Source: a virus. Taken from it: 64,000 nt of DNA. Location of the stretch: positions 1 to 64,000 of IMG/VR virus record IMGVR_UViG_3300017730_000002. One strand, given 5' to 3'. The translations under genes and the position numbers were made by a program. The notes under the pieces are model-generated. The model made no database searches. It worked only from the letters and a program-made list of their open reading frames with translations, and had not been told where the DNA came from. Positions 21,030-31,188 of the stretch are shown piece by piece (position 1 is the first letter of the stretch; each line of letters starts with the position of its first letter).

Positions 21030-21208
21030 TACTTTATCTTACCTCTACGTTTTCTACATTTAGCAATGTATCCACTTGCATAGGCAGATGGAAATACTCT
21101 ATACTTAGCCTTAGCTTTATGATAGCAAGCATCCTTCTTAGACTTCTTTTTAGATCCTCCTTTTCTAAAGAATTCTAAAACTTCCGTAGGATTAGTAGTA
21201 TTTGGCAT
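21029..21208 (-). CDS. Small basic protein (59 aa)
   Basis: Manual translation ..FRKGGSKK..KDACYHKAKAKYRVFPSAYASGYIAKCRK..; TAATG coupling. Confidence 0.75.
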   Translation of the reverse strand: MPNTTNPTEVLEFFRKGGSKKKSKKDACYHKAKAKYRVFPSAYASGYIAKCRKRRGKIK

Positions 21209-21209
21209 T

Positions 21210-21437
21210 TTATCTTCTTTTAAGAGTTTTCTTTCTAGGTAAAGTTTTCTTAGGTGCAGGAGCTGATTTACCAGCTATAGTCTGTAGTTTCTTAACTTCA
21301 GCCATAGCAGCTTTTTTAACATCAGCCATTAACTTAGCGTCCTTTTGAATTTCTTGAGCTCTTTGTAAAGTACTCATTGCTGAAGCTACTTCAAACTCTC
21401 TCATTTCTTTCTTGTTCATGTTAGTAAGTTTAATCAT
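21210..21437 (-). CDS. Small basic hypothetical protein
   Basis: ORF track; start may be 21419 (MNKKEM). Confidence 0.7.
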   Translation of the reverse strand: MIKLTNMNKKEMREFEVASAMSTLQRAQEIQKDAKLMADVKKAAMAEVKKLQTIAGKSAPAPKKTLPRKKTLKRR

Positions 21438-21682
21438 TTAAAAGGATATTGTTTCATGTTCATAGTTGCCCCACCATTTCTAAGCTTTCTTCCTTGAATA
21501 GTTCTAGGATTATTAGAATACTTAGGCATTCCAACCATACCTCCAGATTTAAAAACACCTCTACCTTTTAATATATCAGCTTGAGTTACTTTACCATCAC
21601 CAGTTAAGTCTGGGAATGATGATCCACCATTTTTCATTTTTCTTTTTCTATGACTTCCGCCACATTTCATGCATTTTTTCAT
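21434..21682 (-). CDS. Small basic protein with a dockerin/EF-hand-like loop
   Basis: 'FPDLTGDGKVTQADIL' (DxxGDGxVxxxD) flanked by four xK/RxGG motifs. Confidence 0.7.
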   Translation of the reverse strand: MKKCMKCGGSHRKRKMKNGGSSFPDLTGDGKVTQADILKGRGVFKSGGMVGMPKYSNNPRTIQGRKLRNGGATMNMKQYPFK

Positions 21683-21694
21683 AGTCGTATAATT

Positions 21695-22033
21695 TTACAG
21701 TGCTCTTCTACTACCCTTACCATTTCTAGTCCATTGTGCAGGACCGCAAGAACCACCATGTTTCAGTTTTTTAACCCCATCTTTTATCATCTTAATATAA
21801 TCAGTTTTAATATTAGGATTCCAATTAGGACCTCGCATAGGACTAGTTTTTATACTATCTGATGATCCTTTCGTTTTTGGCATTGGCATTGGTATTCCTG
21901 TATCACTCATAGTACCTGGTATTGTAGGTCTAGGTGCATTAGAGATTACAGTTTTAAGCATATCACTTGCTCTATTAACTATACTGTTTTTAGTTCCTTG
22001 ATACTTTACTAACTTTTTTTTCTTTTTTTTCAT
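21695..22033 (-). CDS. Small basic Pro-rich protein
   Basis: ORF track; LKHGG motif. Confidence 0.65.
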   Translation of the reverse strand: MKKKKKKLVKYQGTKNSIVNRASDMLKTVISNAPRPTIPGTMSDTGIPMPMPKTKGSSDSIKTSPMRGPNWNPNIKTDYIKMIKDGVKKLKHGGSCGPAQWTRNGKGSRRAL

Positions 22034-22045
22034 TGTATGTATTTT

Positions 22046-23062
22046 TTAACTTTTCCAATAATTTTCACACTGCTTGGTTAAATCATCTAAGATATCTTCA
22101 TTAAGAGGATTCTTTAAAAATTCAACTACATCAGAAACATTTCTGCCCATCATAACATTCTTCTTATTGTGATAAATATGTCCATCACTCTTAGTAATAA
22201 TATACTTAAAAAAGCTGGAATCTTTAACAATACTTCTAATTTTTAATGTTTCCATATCAGACTCAACTACATCTAAAAATTGAGTGACCGCTCTTTCCAT
22301 ATTACTTTCAGCTCCTTCTCCGTGGATATGTGTATCCATATTTTCATATAGAATATCTAATGGAGTAGACTTTTTATACTGTGTACTATTTGCATCTACA
22401 ACTTTTACTACATAGAATAGTTTAGTACTATTCTTATCAAATAGTTTTTGAAGCTGTGATAGAGCTTTATTTCTAAGTTTTTTATACTCAGTTCTAGTAG
22501 ATACGGTTTCTTCTTCCTTATCTAAATAAAACTTTGGTGGTTTTGGTTTAGATTTAGCATCTTCATAACTTTTAGCTACTAATGAAAATCCACCTGCTTC
22601 AATTGCAGCTAGTTTAATTCTATCATAAGGATCTTTAATATCTATATGTAATGGTTCATTACCTACAGTTATTTCTATCTTATTCCAAAAGTCTGCATTA
22701 TCAGGCTTTAATAGTTTAACTTTATTCCAAAAATCTTTATCTTCTGGATCAAGTATGTTAGATGCTAACTCTGCTTCTAAGTCAGCTACAGTAGCTCTAA
22801 TTTGTTTTACTCTAGCTTCTCTAGCTTCTTTAGAAAGTTTTTTAATTTCTGGAGCAAACTCATTTAGACCAGTTAGATATCTATTAATTCCATTAATCTC
22901 TAGACATGCTAATTGCTCTTGGTGTTTTACACCATCAAATAAACTTAATCCATAATTTTCTAATCCCATATTTTCTGATCTTGCATCAAAATAAGGTCTG
23001 ATTACAATTTTTGTTTCTGCTGCTTTTGGTGTTTCCACCATTGTAAAATCTGTTTTTGCCAT
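22046..23062 (-). CDS. Conserved protein downstream of the major capsid gene (crAss-type)
   Basis: 338 aa; 'RYLTGLNE', 'FLKNPLNEDIL' motifs; synteny. Confidence 0.6.
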   Translation of the reverse strand: MAKTDFTMVETPKAAETKIVIRPYFDARSENMGLENYGLSLFDGVKHQEQLACLEINGINRYLTGLNEFAPEIKKLSKEAREARVKQIRATVADLEAELASNILDPEDKDFWNKVKLLKPDNADFWNKIEITVGNEPLHIDIKDPYDRIKLAAIEAGGFSLVAKSYEDAKSKPKPPKFYLDKEEETVSTRTEYKKLRNKALSQLQKLFDKNSTKLFYVVKVVDANSTQYKKSTPLDILYENMDTHIHGEGAESNMERAVTQFLDVVESDMETLKIRSIVKDSSFFKYIITKSDGHIYHNKKNVMMGRNVSDVVEFLKNPLNEDILDDLTKQCENYWKS

Positions 23063-23099
23063 TGGTTTTGTTTTTGGTTTCTGTTATTGGTTATTTATT

Positions 23100-23134
23100 A
23101 AAAAAAAAGGGAGAGGAATAGCCCTCCCCCTTTT
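23100..23134 (-). terminator. Intrinsic terminator after the capsid gene
   Basis: A8-GGGAGAGG..CCTCCCCC-TTTT hairpin. Confidence 0.75.
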
Positions 23135-23152
23135 AAGAATTTATTGTTTAGA

Positions 23153-24772
23153 TTAGAATGATCCTCCAGTAACTGGGTTTCTCATAACAATCTTCAATAC
23201 CTTAGTTGGGTCTTTTACCCAGATTGCAGGCATTGTTTGAGACATCATGACTCTGTATCCGTTGAATTGACCAGAAGACTGGAATCCTTGGCTACGTCCC
23301 ATGTAGTCCATTGTACCATTTTGATACCACCACTTAAGTTGATTATCCCAAGACAACTTCAATAAGAAGATGTTGTCATTGTTGTTATCAGTGATGTCAA
23401 AGATAATGAATGAATAAGAAGATAATGGGAATCCATCAATGATTGGGTTCTCAATATCATTAGTATTTACATTATCAAATGCTGGGTTAAGTACAAACTT
23501 AACATTAGCAAGGAAAGGAATCACATAGCTAGTGTAAGCAAAACCAAAGTTCAAGTCCATTCCTTGACCAGTGATTGCACCTATATCAGCAGCTTGAATT
23601 ACAAGTCCTGATGCTACAGCATCACGCTTAATAGCTTCATTAACCATTCTCATTCCACCCATACCAGTTTGGACGATCAATTGTCTTTTTGGATCTGGAC
23701 CTTGGAATTCAACTTTACCATTAAAGAAGTTATAAATCTCAGAACGGAATAAGTCAAGGTTAAAGTTATTCTTATTGTATACTCTTTTGAATGAGTTATC
23801 TAGTTGAGACCAAAGACCTACAGATAATCTTAAATCATCTGGACCGTCTTGTCTAACTCTACCACCTTTACCCCACATAAGGTAAGACTCAATATCATTT
23901 GCTACTTTAGTTAAGTGAGCAGCTTCCATTTGAGTAAGGAAAGAACGAGAAAGATCACCATTATCAAATGCTCTCTTTACTTTATCTTTACCCATTACTT
24001 TTACCATATCTTCTAATGAAGCTACAGAAGGATCCACGTTATCTCCTGATGTTCTCCAGATCTCAGTTACTGGTACAGTACCATCAGCATTCATTCCACC
24101 TTTGATCATAAGATCAGCTCTAGAAGAAACTGAATAGTGAACGTGAGCTTCTGCTCCACCTACATAGTTGTAGAATTCACGGAAACCTGTTCCTGTAGTA
24201 ATGTCAGAAAATCTTTCACCATACTCACCTCTAGCAGAACCTTTTCTAAAGTACTTAGTTCCTTTATCTAAATACTTAGATGCAAAAGTTGCTGAGTTAT
24301 TGTTATTAACCATTTGTACGGTGTAGATGTAACCATCACCTGTAGGAAGAATATCCTCATCAGTAATGTAAAGTTCAACACCATTGTACTTGTCATATGT
24401 GATGATATCACCATGTCCAAATTCTCTAGCGCTTAACTTAATACGGAAAGTTGTACCATCAGCACCTCTTGTTTCACCAAGACTGTTATCAATATCCTCA
24501 GTTATATAAGGAAGATCTCTAGATACAGGTGTTTGCCACTTATACTCTCCGCGAGCATTATCTACTTCAATTACATTCTTTCCACCAAAGCTAGACATTT
24601 GATAAAGAGGCATTTCAACTTTCTGAGACATTGCCCATAAGTCCACTGGACCTAAATCCATTGGTTCTGCATCTTTCAACATGTTAACCAAGTGGTAAGA
24701 GTCTACGTGTGAACTTGCGTTGTACGCTGTATCCCGTAGAAAGATACCATTGTTTAAAACTGGAGTTGCCAT
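23153..24772 (-). CDS. Major capsid protein
   Basis: 539 aa; terminase-portal-scaffold-capsid synteny; 'EYKWQ', 'YLMWG..GLWSQL', 'AIWVKDPT' motifs; followed by a strong terminator. Confidence 0.85.
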   Translation of the reverse strand: MATPVLNNGIFLRDTAYNASSHVDSYHLVNMLKDAEPMDLGPVDLWAMSQKVEMPLYQMSSFGGKNVIEVDNARGEYKWQTPVSRDLPYITEDIDNSLGETRGADGTTFRIKLSAREFGHGDIITYDKYNGVELYITDEDILPTGDGYIYTVQMVNNNNSATFASKYLDKGTKYFRKGSARGEYGERFSDITTGTGFREFYNYVGGAEAHVHYSVSSRADLMIKGGMNADGTVPVTEIWRTSGDNVDPSVASLEDMVKVMGKDKVKRAFDNGDLSRSFLTQMEAAHLTKVANDIESYLMWGKGGRVRQDGPDDLRLSVGLWSQLDNSFKRVYNKNNFNLDLFRSEIYNFFNGKVEFQGPDPKRQLIVQTGMGGMRMVNEAIKRDAVASGLVIQAADIGAITGQGMDLNFGFAYTSYVIPFLANVKFVLNPAFDNVNTNDIENPIIDGFPLSSYSFIIFDITDNNNDNIFLLKLSWDNQLKWWYQNGTMDYMGRSQGFQSSGQFNGYRVMMSQTMPAIWVKDPTKVLKIVMRNPVTGGSF

Positions 24773-24801
24773 TTATTTATTTGTTATTTATTGTTTACTA
24801 A

Positions 24802-26100
24802 TTAAAATCTTTTGAACATATTGTTCTTTCTTTGTACTGTTGTTTTTTTAGCAGTTCTTCTTGCGTTATTGTTTTCATTTGAAGCTCTAGAAGAACTTGT
24901 ATTTTTTTGTGACTGTGCAGTTTTAAGTTTTCTTACTGTATCTGCAACAGCCGCTTGACCACCAAGACTTTTAACTTTACTTTTGTATCCATCTGGATCA
25001 GAAAGTAACCATAATGCTTCTGCAATTAGATCATGTCTTGGTTCTACAAACTGATACTTTTCAAGAAGGTGACCTAATAAGTTCGTAGGTTTACCTGATA
25101 TAGAAGGATAGTTAGGTTGAACTAAACCACCATATAAATGATTTTGTGTTTTTCTATCTAATTTAAGATCTCCCAATTGACCTGTAGAAAGAGTGTTATA
25201 TACATTATCCATATATTGTGCAGCAGCATGTTCTTGTTGGGCTTTTTTCTGCTCTTGTTCTGCAAGTTGATGAGCCACAATTTGCTCTTGCATTTTATCC
25301 AACTTAGGTTTAAACTGCTTTGCTTTCTTTTCAAGCTTTTCAATGTCAGCCCAAGTTTCAATTTCTTCTTGAATTTCTTCAGGTGTACCAAAATTAGTAG
25401 CTGTAAGATATTGTCTTGCAATCTCCGCCTGATGGTTTTCATTTTCAGGGTCTAATTGAACTATTTCCTCTACATGAGAAAGGGTTCTAAATAAACCTTT
25501 CATATCAGTACCACCATCTGCAACATATTTAGCAGCTACCTGAAGTTCTTGAGGAAGTGAATTAAAAAACTCTTTGGGAGTATCTTGTCTAATTTTAGTT
25601 TCTCTTTCTTGAAAGTTAGCTTCAAATAGTTCTCTAAAATCTTTAGTAGTATAATCTTCTAAATCTTTATCATCGTCAAATCCGAAAAGAGTTCCTTCTT
25701 CAATCATCTTAGCAGCTAACTCTTGTAAACCACTTTTATCAGTTTTACGTCTACCAGGTTTAGATCCTGCCGTTTCCTCTTCAGTAATTGCATCATCTAG
25801 TTCAGCTAATGCATCATCTACCACAGAGTCTGGAGTAGAATCAATTTTTTCCTGTGGGGTTAAATCCTTGTCAGGAGTTTCAGTTGTAGTGTTAGTCTTG
25901 TCAATGAACGTTGTATCAACTTCTTCTGGTCTAGAGAAGAGGTTTGATTTTTTTTCTTCTGGTTCTGGTTCAACTTCTTCTGCTGGTAACATTACACTCT
26001 CAGCTCCTGGTTGACCAAATACTTCGTCTAAATTTACATCTACAGTCTCTACCGTTGTAGAGTCTTGTATTTGAGTTTCCTCATTTAATTCTTCTGCCAT
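24802..26100 (-). CDS. Scaffolding-like acidic protein
   Basis: 432 aa; acidic N-terminus, coiled coil, basic C-terminus; between portal and capsid genes. Confidence 0.65.
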   Translation of the reverse strand: MAEELNEETQIQDSTTVETVDVNLDEVFGQPGAESVMLPAEEVEPEPEEKKSNLFSRPEEVDTTFIDKTNTTTETPDKDLTPQEKIDSTPDSVVDDALAELDDAITEEETAGSKPGRRKTDKSGLQELAAKMIEEGTLFGFDDDKDLEDYTTKDFRELFEANFQERETKIRQDTPKEFFNSLPQELQVAAKYVADGGTDMKGLFRTLSHVEEIVQLDPENENHQAEIARQYLTATNFGTPEEIQEEIETWADIEKLEKKAKQFKPKLDKMQEQIVAHQLAEQEQKKAQQEHAAAQYMDNVYNTLSTGQLGDLKLDRKTQNHLYGGLVQPNYPSISGKPTNLLGHLLEKYQFVEPRHDLIAEALWLLSDPDGYKSKVKSLGGQAAVADTVRKLKTAQSQKNTSSSRASNENNNARRTAKKTTVQRKNNMFKRF

Positions 26101-26126
26101 GTGTCAGTTTTTGTTGGTTATTACTT

Positions 26127-26137
26127 TAATATACTAA
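26127..26137 (-). promoter_or_regulatory. Representative copy of the promoter-like motif TT(A/T)GTATATT(A/TG)
   Basis: Also at ~12116, 14447, 18901/18911, 20297, 33815, 34653, 35683, 36642 (-) and 53568 (+); always intergenic and upstream of a start codon; resembles the Bacteroidota -7 box TAnnTTTG. Confidence 0.7.
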
Positions 26138-26203
26138 ATTAAATCTTAAAAATTTAAAATTATGCAAAAAAAATTATCAAAAAATTTGCATTATATAGCT
26201 AAA

Positions 26204-28966
26204 CTATTTTTTTTTATCATCCTTTGATGATTTAACATCATACTTATTTTTATTTTCTTTGGCAATTTGCAACTGTTTATCTGCTATTTGTGTCTGAGCA
26301 TTAATTCTTTTTTGCTCAATATCCATTTTCTGCTGATGTTTCAACATATCATTGCTTTGCTTTTGTCTTTGTATTTGAGTCTGCTGTTGATATTGATCTG
26401 TTTTTCTAATGTCTTCCATTGCATCTTGATAATCTGACTGCATGTTTTTATCAAGATCTGCCATAGATCCATAACCAGCTGCTCTAATTTCAGCAATAAG
26501 AATATCTTTACGATCTCTTTTTTCAGCTTCTGCAACTTTAAAATCTCTTTCAGCTTGTTTTTCTTGTTGTTCAGCTTGAATTTGTTGTTCTTGCATTTGC
26601 TGTTGCTGTTGCATCTCTTGTTGTTTCTGTTGCTGCTGTTTTTGTTCAGAATCTTTCATAGCTGCATTTAACTCTGCAATAGAATCAGATTGTACAATTT
26701 TACCAAGATCATAGATACTAGCACCTGTAGTATTATTTTGAGTTGCCATTTGCTTTAGCTGTTCTAAGACAGCTCTATGATTAGCTGTTGTTGATGCAAA
26801 TATATTAAGATCTCTCATCAACATATCAGTACCATTAATTTCAAAGTTAACCTTTTCATCTGCAGAAGTTATATAAGTTAATCTTGCAGACGGTTTAGTA
26901 GAGTTATAGAACTGAGCTAAATCAGTTCTCATTTGATGAACTCTAGGCATTAGATAATCGCAATGTTGAATAAAGTATGTTTCTGTTTGAGCATAAGATG
27001 CATTAGCAGCTTGTTCAACACCAGTTGCTGTCATCTGAGAAATTTGCTGACCCATTCTTTGTGGGTTAACTCCAATTACTTCATAAGCCTGTTGTTTAAA
27101 ATGGTTAGATAATTGAATTCTAGACATAAGTCTATTAGTCTGATCTAAATCAAGTTTCTGAAAGTGTTGAAAGTTTAATGCATTTTCTGTGTTTGTAATA
27201 GAAGTATCTAAGGGCAACATCTGAAAATCTTTCATAGCAACATATGCTTTAGCTAAATTACCTTTACCCCAATCTTCTCCTAGTGAATGTTTAGGTAATG
27301 TATTTTGATCTAGCATAATTATGGTACCCAGTTCATCTACTAAAATATCTGCTATTTGATTATTGACAATATTGTAACCTATTTGAAAAGGTTTCATTAA
27401 ATCTATAAGAGCTGTAGATTTTGTATTCCTATCAGAGAACACGGCTCCCTCAACAGGTAGTTTACAACCATAAAGATTATTGTCACCTTTAAATTGAAAC
27501 TTTATAGGGCCAGGTTTTTTCTTATCTATTCCTATGTAAATAGGAGTCATACCTGATGGATTATTCATACCCCAATAACTAGGAATATTAGGACCAATCT
27601 TGATTCCTCCCCAAACTTCGTTTATCCAAATCCATTCAATATGTTCTCCAAATATTAAATTATCTTTTGATTTGTTTTTAAATAAACGAGTATCATAAAT
27701 AGGTTTATCTGTAATTTTATAATCCTCTGTTATAATTTCATTTGTTACCTCACCTTGTTCAGAAATTTTTGTAAGGTGACCTAATTTTCTTTGAGACTTC
27801 CAATATGTAGTTGTTACTCTAACTAAATATGCATTACCCTCTGTTTTATAATCTTCACTCTGTGCTAATATTTGATTTACTACATCCTCACCTTGTGTAA
27901 TACCTTCACCGCCCATAAAGCTTGTATATTGACGCATAGCTAAAGATGGTCTTTGAGTATTCCACTCATGGGACTGAGTAGCATCATAAAAAGAACCATC
28001 ATTTTGATAACCACCTATAGTATACCCAGCAGCTCTTACTGGATATATTGCCTCAAGAGATTCTAATTGTTCTTCAGACATTAAGTATCCGTATTTATCA
28101 ATTGCATCTGAAACAGTAATCATATCTGTCTTACCAATCCAATTGGAATCTGAAATATATCTTGAATCAGGAGACTTATGGTAAAATGTAAGCAATGGAT
28201 TCCACAACTCTACTTCATAATCATCCTCCATCATTCTCATATGCCAAAACTCTCTATCGGTAATAAGCATATCTCTAAAAGCTCTTTCCTCTAATTCATC
28301 TAAATGAAATCTTTGCTCATCTACTTTATGCTGATGAGAAGCCCATTCTTCCATCATAGATCTGTAACTTTTTTTGAAGAACATTTCTATTTCTGGTAAT
28401 GATTTTAAATTATCTGGAGATAACTGTTGTTGTGCTTCTTCAGAATTAGGATCTAAACCTTGCTCTAAAAGAGCAGCTGTTATTTTAGTTTGAGCTTGTC
28501 CAAGAAGTGTTTCTTCAACCATTGCTCTTTTTTGCTCAAGCATTTCATTATAAGAAAATTCATCAACAGCTCTATATGTTAATTTGGTTGATCTTTTAGC
28601 AAATTCTGCAACAAGAACATTAACTACGTTTGGTATAATAGGATAAAACTTTAACTCTAGCGCAGAACCTTCATCTTGATTTTCGGTTAACATGCTTACA
28701 ATATCCCTAGATTCATTGTCTTCTTCTACTATATAATCAGTTCTGTCAATATGACCTTTAGCTAACTTATAATTTTTAGAAAGTCTTCTTGCACTTCTTT
28801 GCAACTGTTTGATACCATTCCACTCTAACCAATCAATATTCCAAGCAGCCCATTCATCATCCTTTTTCTTTTTTGATAAAAATTGTAAAGGTTGTGTTAC
28901 AGAACCTATTCTATTCTGCTCAACCTTTGCGCCTTTTTTTATCTGAAGTGCATTGTATACTTGCAT
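26204..28966 (-). CDS. Portal protein
   Basis: 920 aa; 'NYKLAKG', 'FYPIIPNVVNVLVAE', 'LIDLMKPFQIGYNIV', 'IGVNPQRMGQ'; Gln-rich coiled-coil C-terminus; follows terminase. Confidence 0.9.
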   Translation of the reverse strand: MQVYNALQIKKGAKVEQNRIGSVTQPLQFLSKKKKDDEWAAWNIDWLEWNGIKQLQRSARRLSKNYKLAKGHIDRTDYIVEEDNESRDIVSMLTENQDEGSALELKFYPIIPNVVNVLVAEFAKRSTKLTYRAVDEFSYNEMLEQKRAMVEETLLGQAQTKITAALLEQGLDPNSEEAQQQLSPDNLKSLPEIEMFFKKSYRSMMEEWASHQHKVDEQRFHLDELEERAFRDMLITDREFWHMRMMEDDYEVELWNPLLTFYHKSPDSRYISDSNWIGKTDMITVSDAIDKYGYLMSEEQLESLEAIYPVRAAGYTIGGYQNDGSFYDATQSHEWNTQRPSLAMRQYTSFMGGEGITQGEDVVNQILAQSEDYKTEGNAYLVRVTTTYWKSQRKLGHLTKISEQGEVTNEIITEDYKITDKPIYDTRLFKNKSKDNLIFGEHIEWIWINEVWGGIKIGPNIPSYWGMNNPSGMTPIYIGIDKKKPGPIKFQFKGDNNLYGCKLPVEGAVFSDRNTKSTALIDLMKPFQIGYNIVNNQIADILVDELGTIIMLDQNTLPKHSLGEDWGKGNLAKAYVAMKDFQMLPLDTSITNTENALNFQHFQKLDLDQTNRLMSRIQLSNHFKQQAYEVIGVNPQRMGQQISQMTATGVEQAANASYAQTETYFIQHCDYLMPRVHQMRTDLAQFYNSTKPSARLTYITSADEKVNFEINGTDMLMRDLNIFASTTANHRAVLEQLKQMATQNNTTGASIYDLGKIVQSDSIAELNAAMKDSEQKQQQQKQQEMQQQQQMQEQQIQAEQQEKQAERDFKVAEAEKRDRKDILIAEIRAAGYGSMADLDKNMQSDYQDAMEDIRKTDQYQQQTQIQRQKQSNDMLKHQQKMDIEQKRINAQTQIADKQLQIAKENKNKYDVKSSKDDKKK

Positions 28967-28971
28967 AGTTA

Positions 28972-31188
28972 TTATTTAATGTTTTTAAAGGCAGATCTTT
29001 TTCGACCATTGCTTTTTAATCTTTTGTTTTTCCTACCCATATGAGTAAACGGACTACTATTTAATTTAAACAAATTTTCTGACTTTTGCAACTTTTTAGC
29101 AGCGTCATCTCTTATGATTTGTTTAGTATAACCTCTATTAGATTCTTGTATTCTCATAAAAGACACAAGTGCTACAAATGATACTAATCTATCCACGTTA
29201 ACTCCATCTGCATATTCTTGCATTTCTTTTATAAGCATTGGATCAGGAATTCTTTCTATTCCATAAGTTGTTCTAACAACAGTTCCATCCTCTTTTGTTT
29301 CTTGATCAAGTTCTTCCCTTACAAACTCTATCCCATAACTAAGAAGGTGTGATTTGAATAAAGTACCTGTATTTTTCCAACCATATTCTTGAAATACATT
29401 TTTGTTAGCACCTAAATCTTTTAAAAACATTATCTGACTTTTAGGAACTAGATACTTTTGTTTCTTTCTACTTATCATATAGTTAATAAATAAAGAAATG
29501 TTATTCTCTATAACAGTCCATGCATTATACCATTCTATTATAAGTTCTAGTCTTTGATGAGTTTGTTTTATATCATCAAACCTTCCGCACCATGCAGCTA
29601 CAATTTTACTTTGTTCAATATAAGTTTCTGTTTCAGTACCTGTTACTTTAGTAACCTCTATAGAATTTTTTATTACATATATAGAACATAGTGAATCAGA
29701 TGTAGTAGTCTTACCTTCAGCCACAGGGTCAATAGACGCATAATAAGTTCCAAAATCAGGCTTTTCCTTATTAGGTCTTTCCCATACTACAAGACAGCCT
29801 GTTTTATCTTCGGTCTTTTTGTTTACTGGAAACTCACGTATAGGTTGCTTATTGCTTTTTGTAACAGTTGGTTTACCATTAGCATCTGTTGTTATATCTA
29901 GAAACTCATAGGCATATTCTTTTTCCTCTATTCTTCTAGCTTGTGCAGAAAGAAGGTGTGTAGGAAAAACAGAAACAGATCTATTATCAAATGCTTCTTT
30001 TATATTTCTAGGATGCTGAGATATTCTCAATTGATAATCTTCTGGAGCTAGTTCTCTTTTCCAATCATCAAATTGTTTTTGTAAAGCTACAGTAGCTTCT
30101 TCTACTTTAGAGTTGCCATATTCATCTATGTGTGGAGGCATTGACCATTGCTCAGGAATAAATAAACCTGACATACCTTCAGTACCTTTATGATCTATCA
30201 AATTAGTTTCTACAGAATAAACATCTTTAGAAGTTGGATTAAGAATCATATCCTTGAGTGGATTGCATTGTGACAGGTCACCCACAGATCCTGCTGCTAT
30301 AAATAATCCTGTAGTAGTTAGTCCTGATCTCATTGCTGGTCTCATATACTCGTATGTCTTATCCATCTTAGGCGCAATCCCAGCTTCCTCATGAAAGAAG
30401 TATTTTACTGGACCCCCTACACCATTTGTTGGATCTTTTTCAAATGACATACCTTGTATAGTTCCTTTAAGACCTACTTCAGTTTTTCTGTTACCTTTCC
30501 TAACCTCAATCTTCTGCTGCCACATCATTACCTTACTAGGGTTCATTGGTCTGTACCATGCAGTATGTTCATTTAAGAATGCTGCATACTCATCTAAGAA
30601 CTTCCAGGATCCTTTCTCATTAATGTAATCTTTAAGACTAGCACCTATCTTTAGTGTTACCCCTGGCTCAAACCATTGCTGATTAATAAGCTTTGCCATA
30701 TGATAATAGGAAGATGCTATCTGACGTTTCTTTAGTATAGCAACATGTTTATAGTTTAGTTCTGCTAGCATCTCATATAATGCCATATGATATTGAGCAT
30801 CTCTAATATCAGCAAACCCAAACTTTTGTATTTCTTTATTGAATATAGGTAAGAAGTTTAACCACATGTAGTAGTCTCTTGCTATATACCAAACTTTATC
30901 TTTTGATTTAAATATTACTCCTTTCCTGCACTTCTTTTTTTCTCCTTCCCAATAATTAATAAAATCTCTTGATTTAAATGGAGCTGCACAATAGAATCCT
31001 TGTGTGTTAAATTTAGTAGCTTCTGCATTAAATTCTTTAGACACTTTATCAAATGCATACTGACCTGGTTCCTTAAACAGATCTCTTACATAAGTAGCAA
31101 AGTCTTCTCTAGTATCAAAGTCTGTACTAGTCCATTTACCATTATCCCATGTAGGAATATCTTGATATATCTCTGTATCATTGGTCAT
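28972..31188 (-). CDS. terL: Terminase large subunit
   Basis: Walker A-like 'LKKRQIASSY', Walker B 'FFHEEAG', RNase H-like nuclease 'ASIDPV..DS', 'IENN', 'DRL'. Confidence 0.92.
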   Translation of the reverse strand: MTNDTEIYQDIPTWDNGKWTSTDFDTREDFATYVRDLFKEPGQYAFDKVSKEFNAEATKFNTQGFYCAAPFKSRDFINYWEGEKKKCRKGVIFKSKDKVWYIARDYYMWLNFLPIFNKEIQKFGFADIRDAQYHMALYEMLAELNYKHVAILKKRQIASSYYHMAKLINQQWFEPGVTLKIGASLKDYINEKGSWKFLDEYAAFLNEHTAWYRPMNPSKVMMWQQKIEVRKGNRKTEVGLKGTIQGMSFEKDPTNGVGGPVKYFFHEEAGIAPKMDKTYEYMRPAMRSGLTTTGLFIAAGSVGDLSQCNPLKDMILNPTSKDVYSVETNLIDHKGTEGMSGLFIPEQWSMPPHIDEYGNSKVEEATVALQKQFDDWKRELAPEDYQLRISQHPRNIKEAFDNRSVSVFPTHLLSAQARRIEEKEYAYEFLDITTDANGKPTVTKSNKQPIREFPVNKKTEDKTGCLVVWERPNKEKPDFGTYYASIDPVAEGKTTTSDSLCSIYVIKNSIEVTKVTGTETETYIEQSKIVAAWCGRFDDIKQTHQRLELIIEWYNAWTVIENNISLFINYMISRKKQKYLVPKSQIMFLKDLGANKNVFQEYGWKNTGTLFKSHLLSYGIEFVREELDQETKEDGTVVRTTYGIERIPDPMLIKEMQEYADGVNVDRLVSFVALVSFMRIQESNRGYTKQIIRDDAAKKLQKSENLFKLNSSPFTHMGRKNKRLKSNGRKRSAFKNIK

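Noticed and set aside
26550-26650. CAG/CAA-rich repeat in the portal gene
   Set aside because: It encodes the ordinary Gln-rich coiled-coil barrel of podovirus portals.
23153-31188. Introns or inteins in capsid, portal or terminase genes
   Set aside because: The ORFs are continuous and of expected size, with no intein or homing-endonuclease motifs seen.
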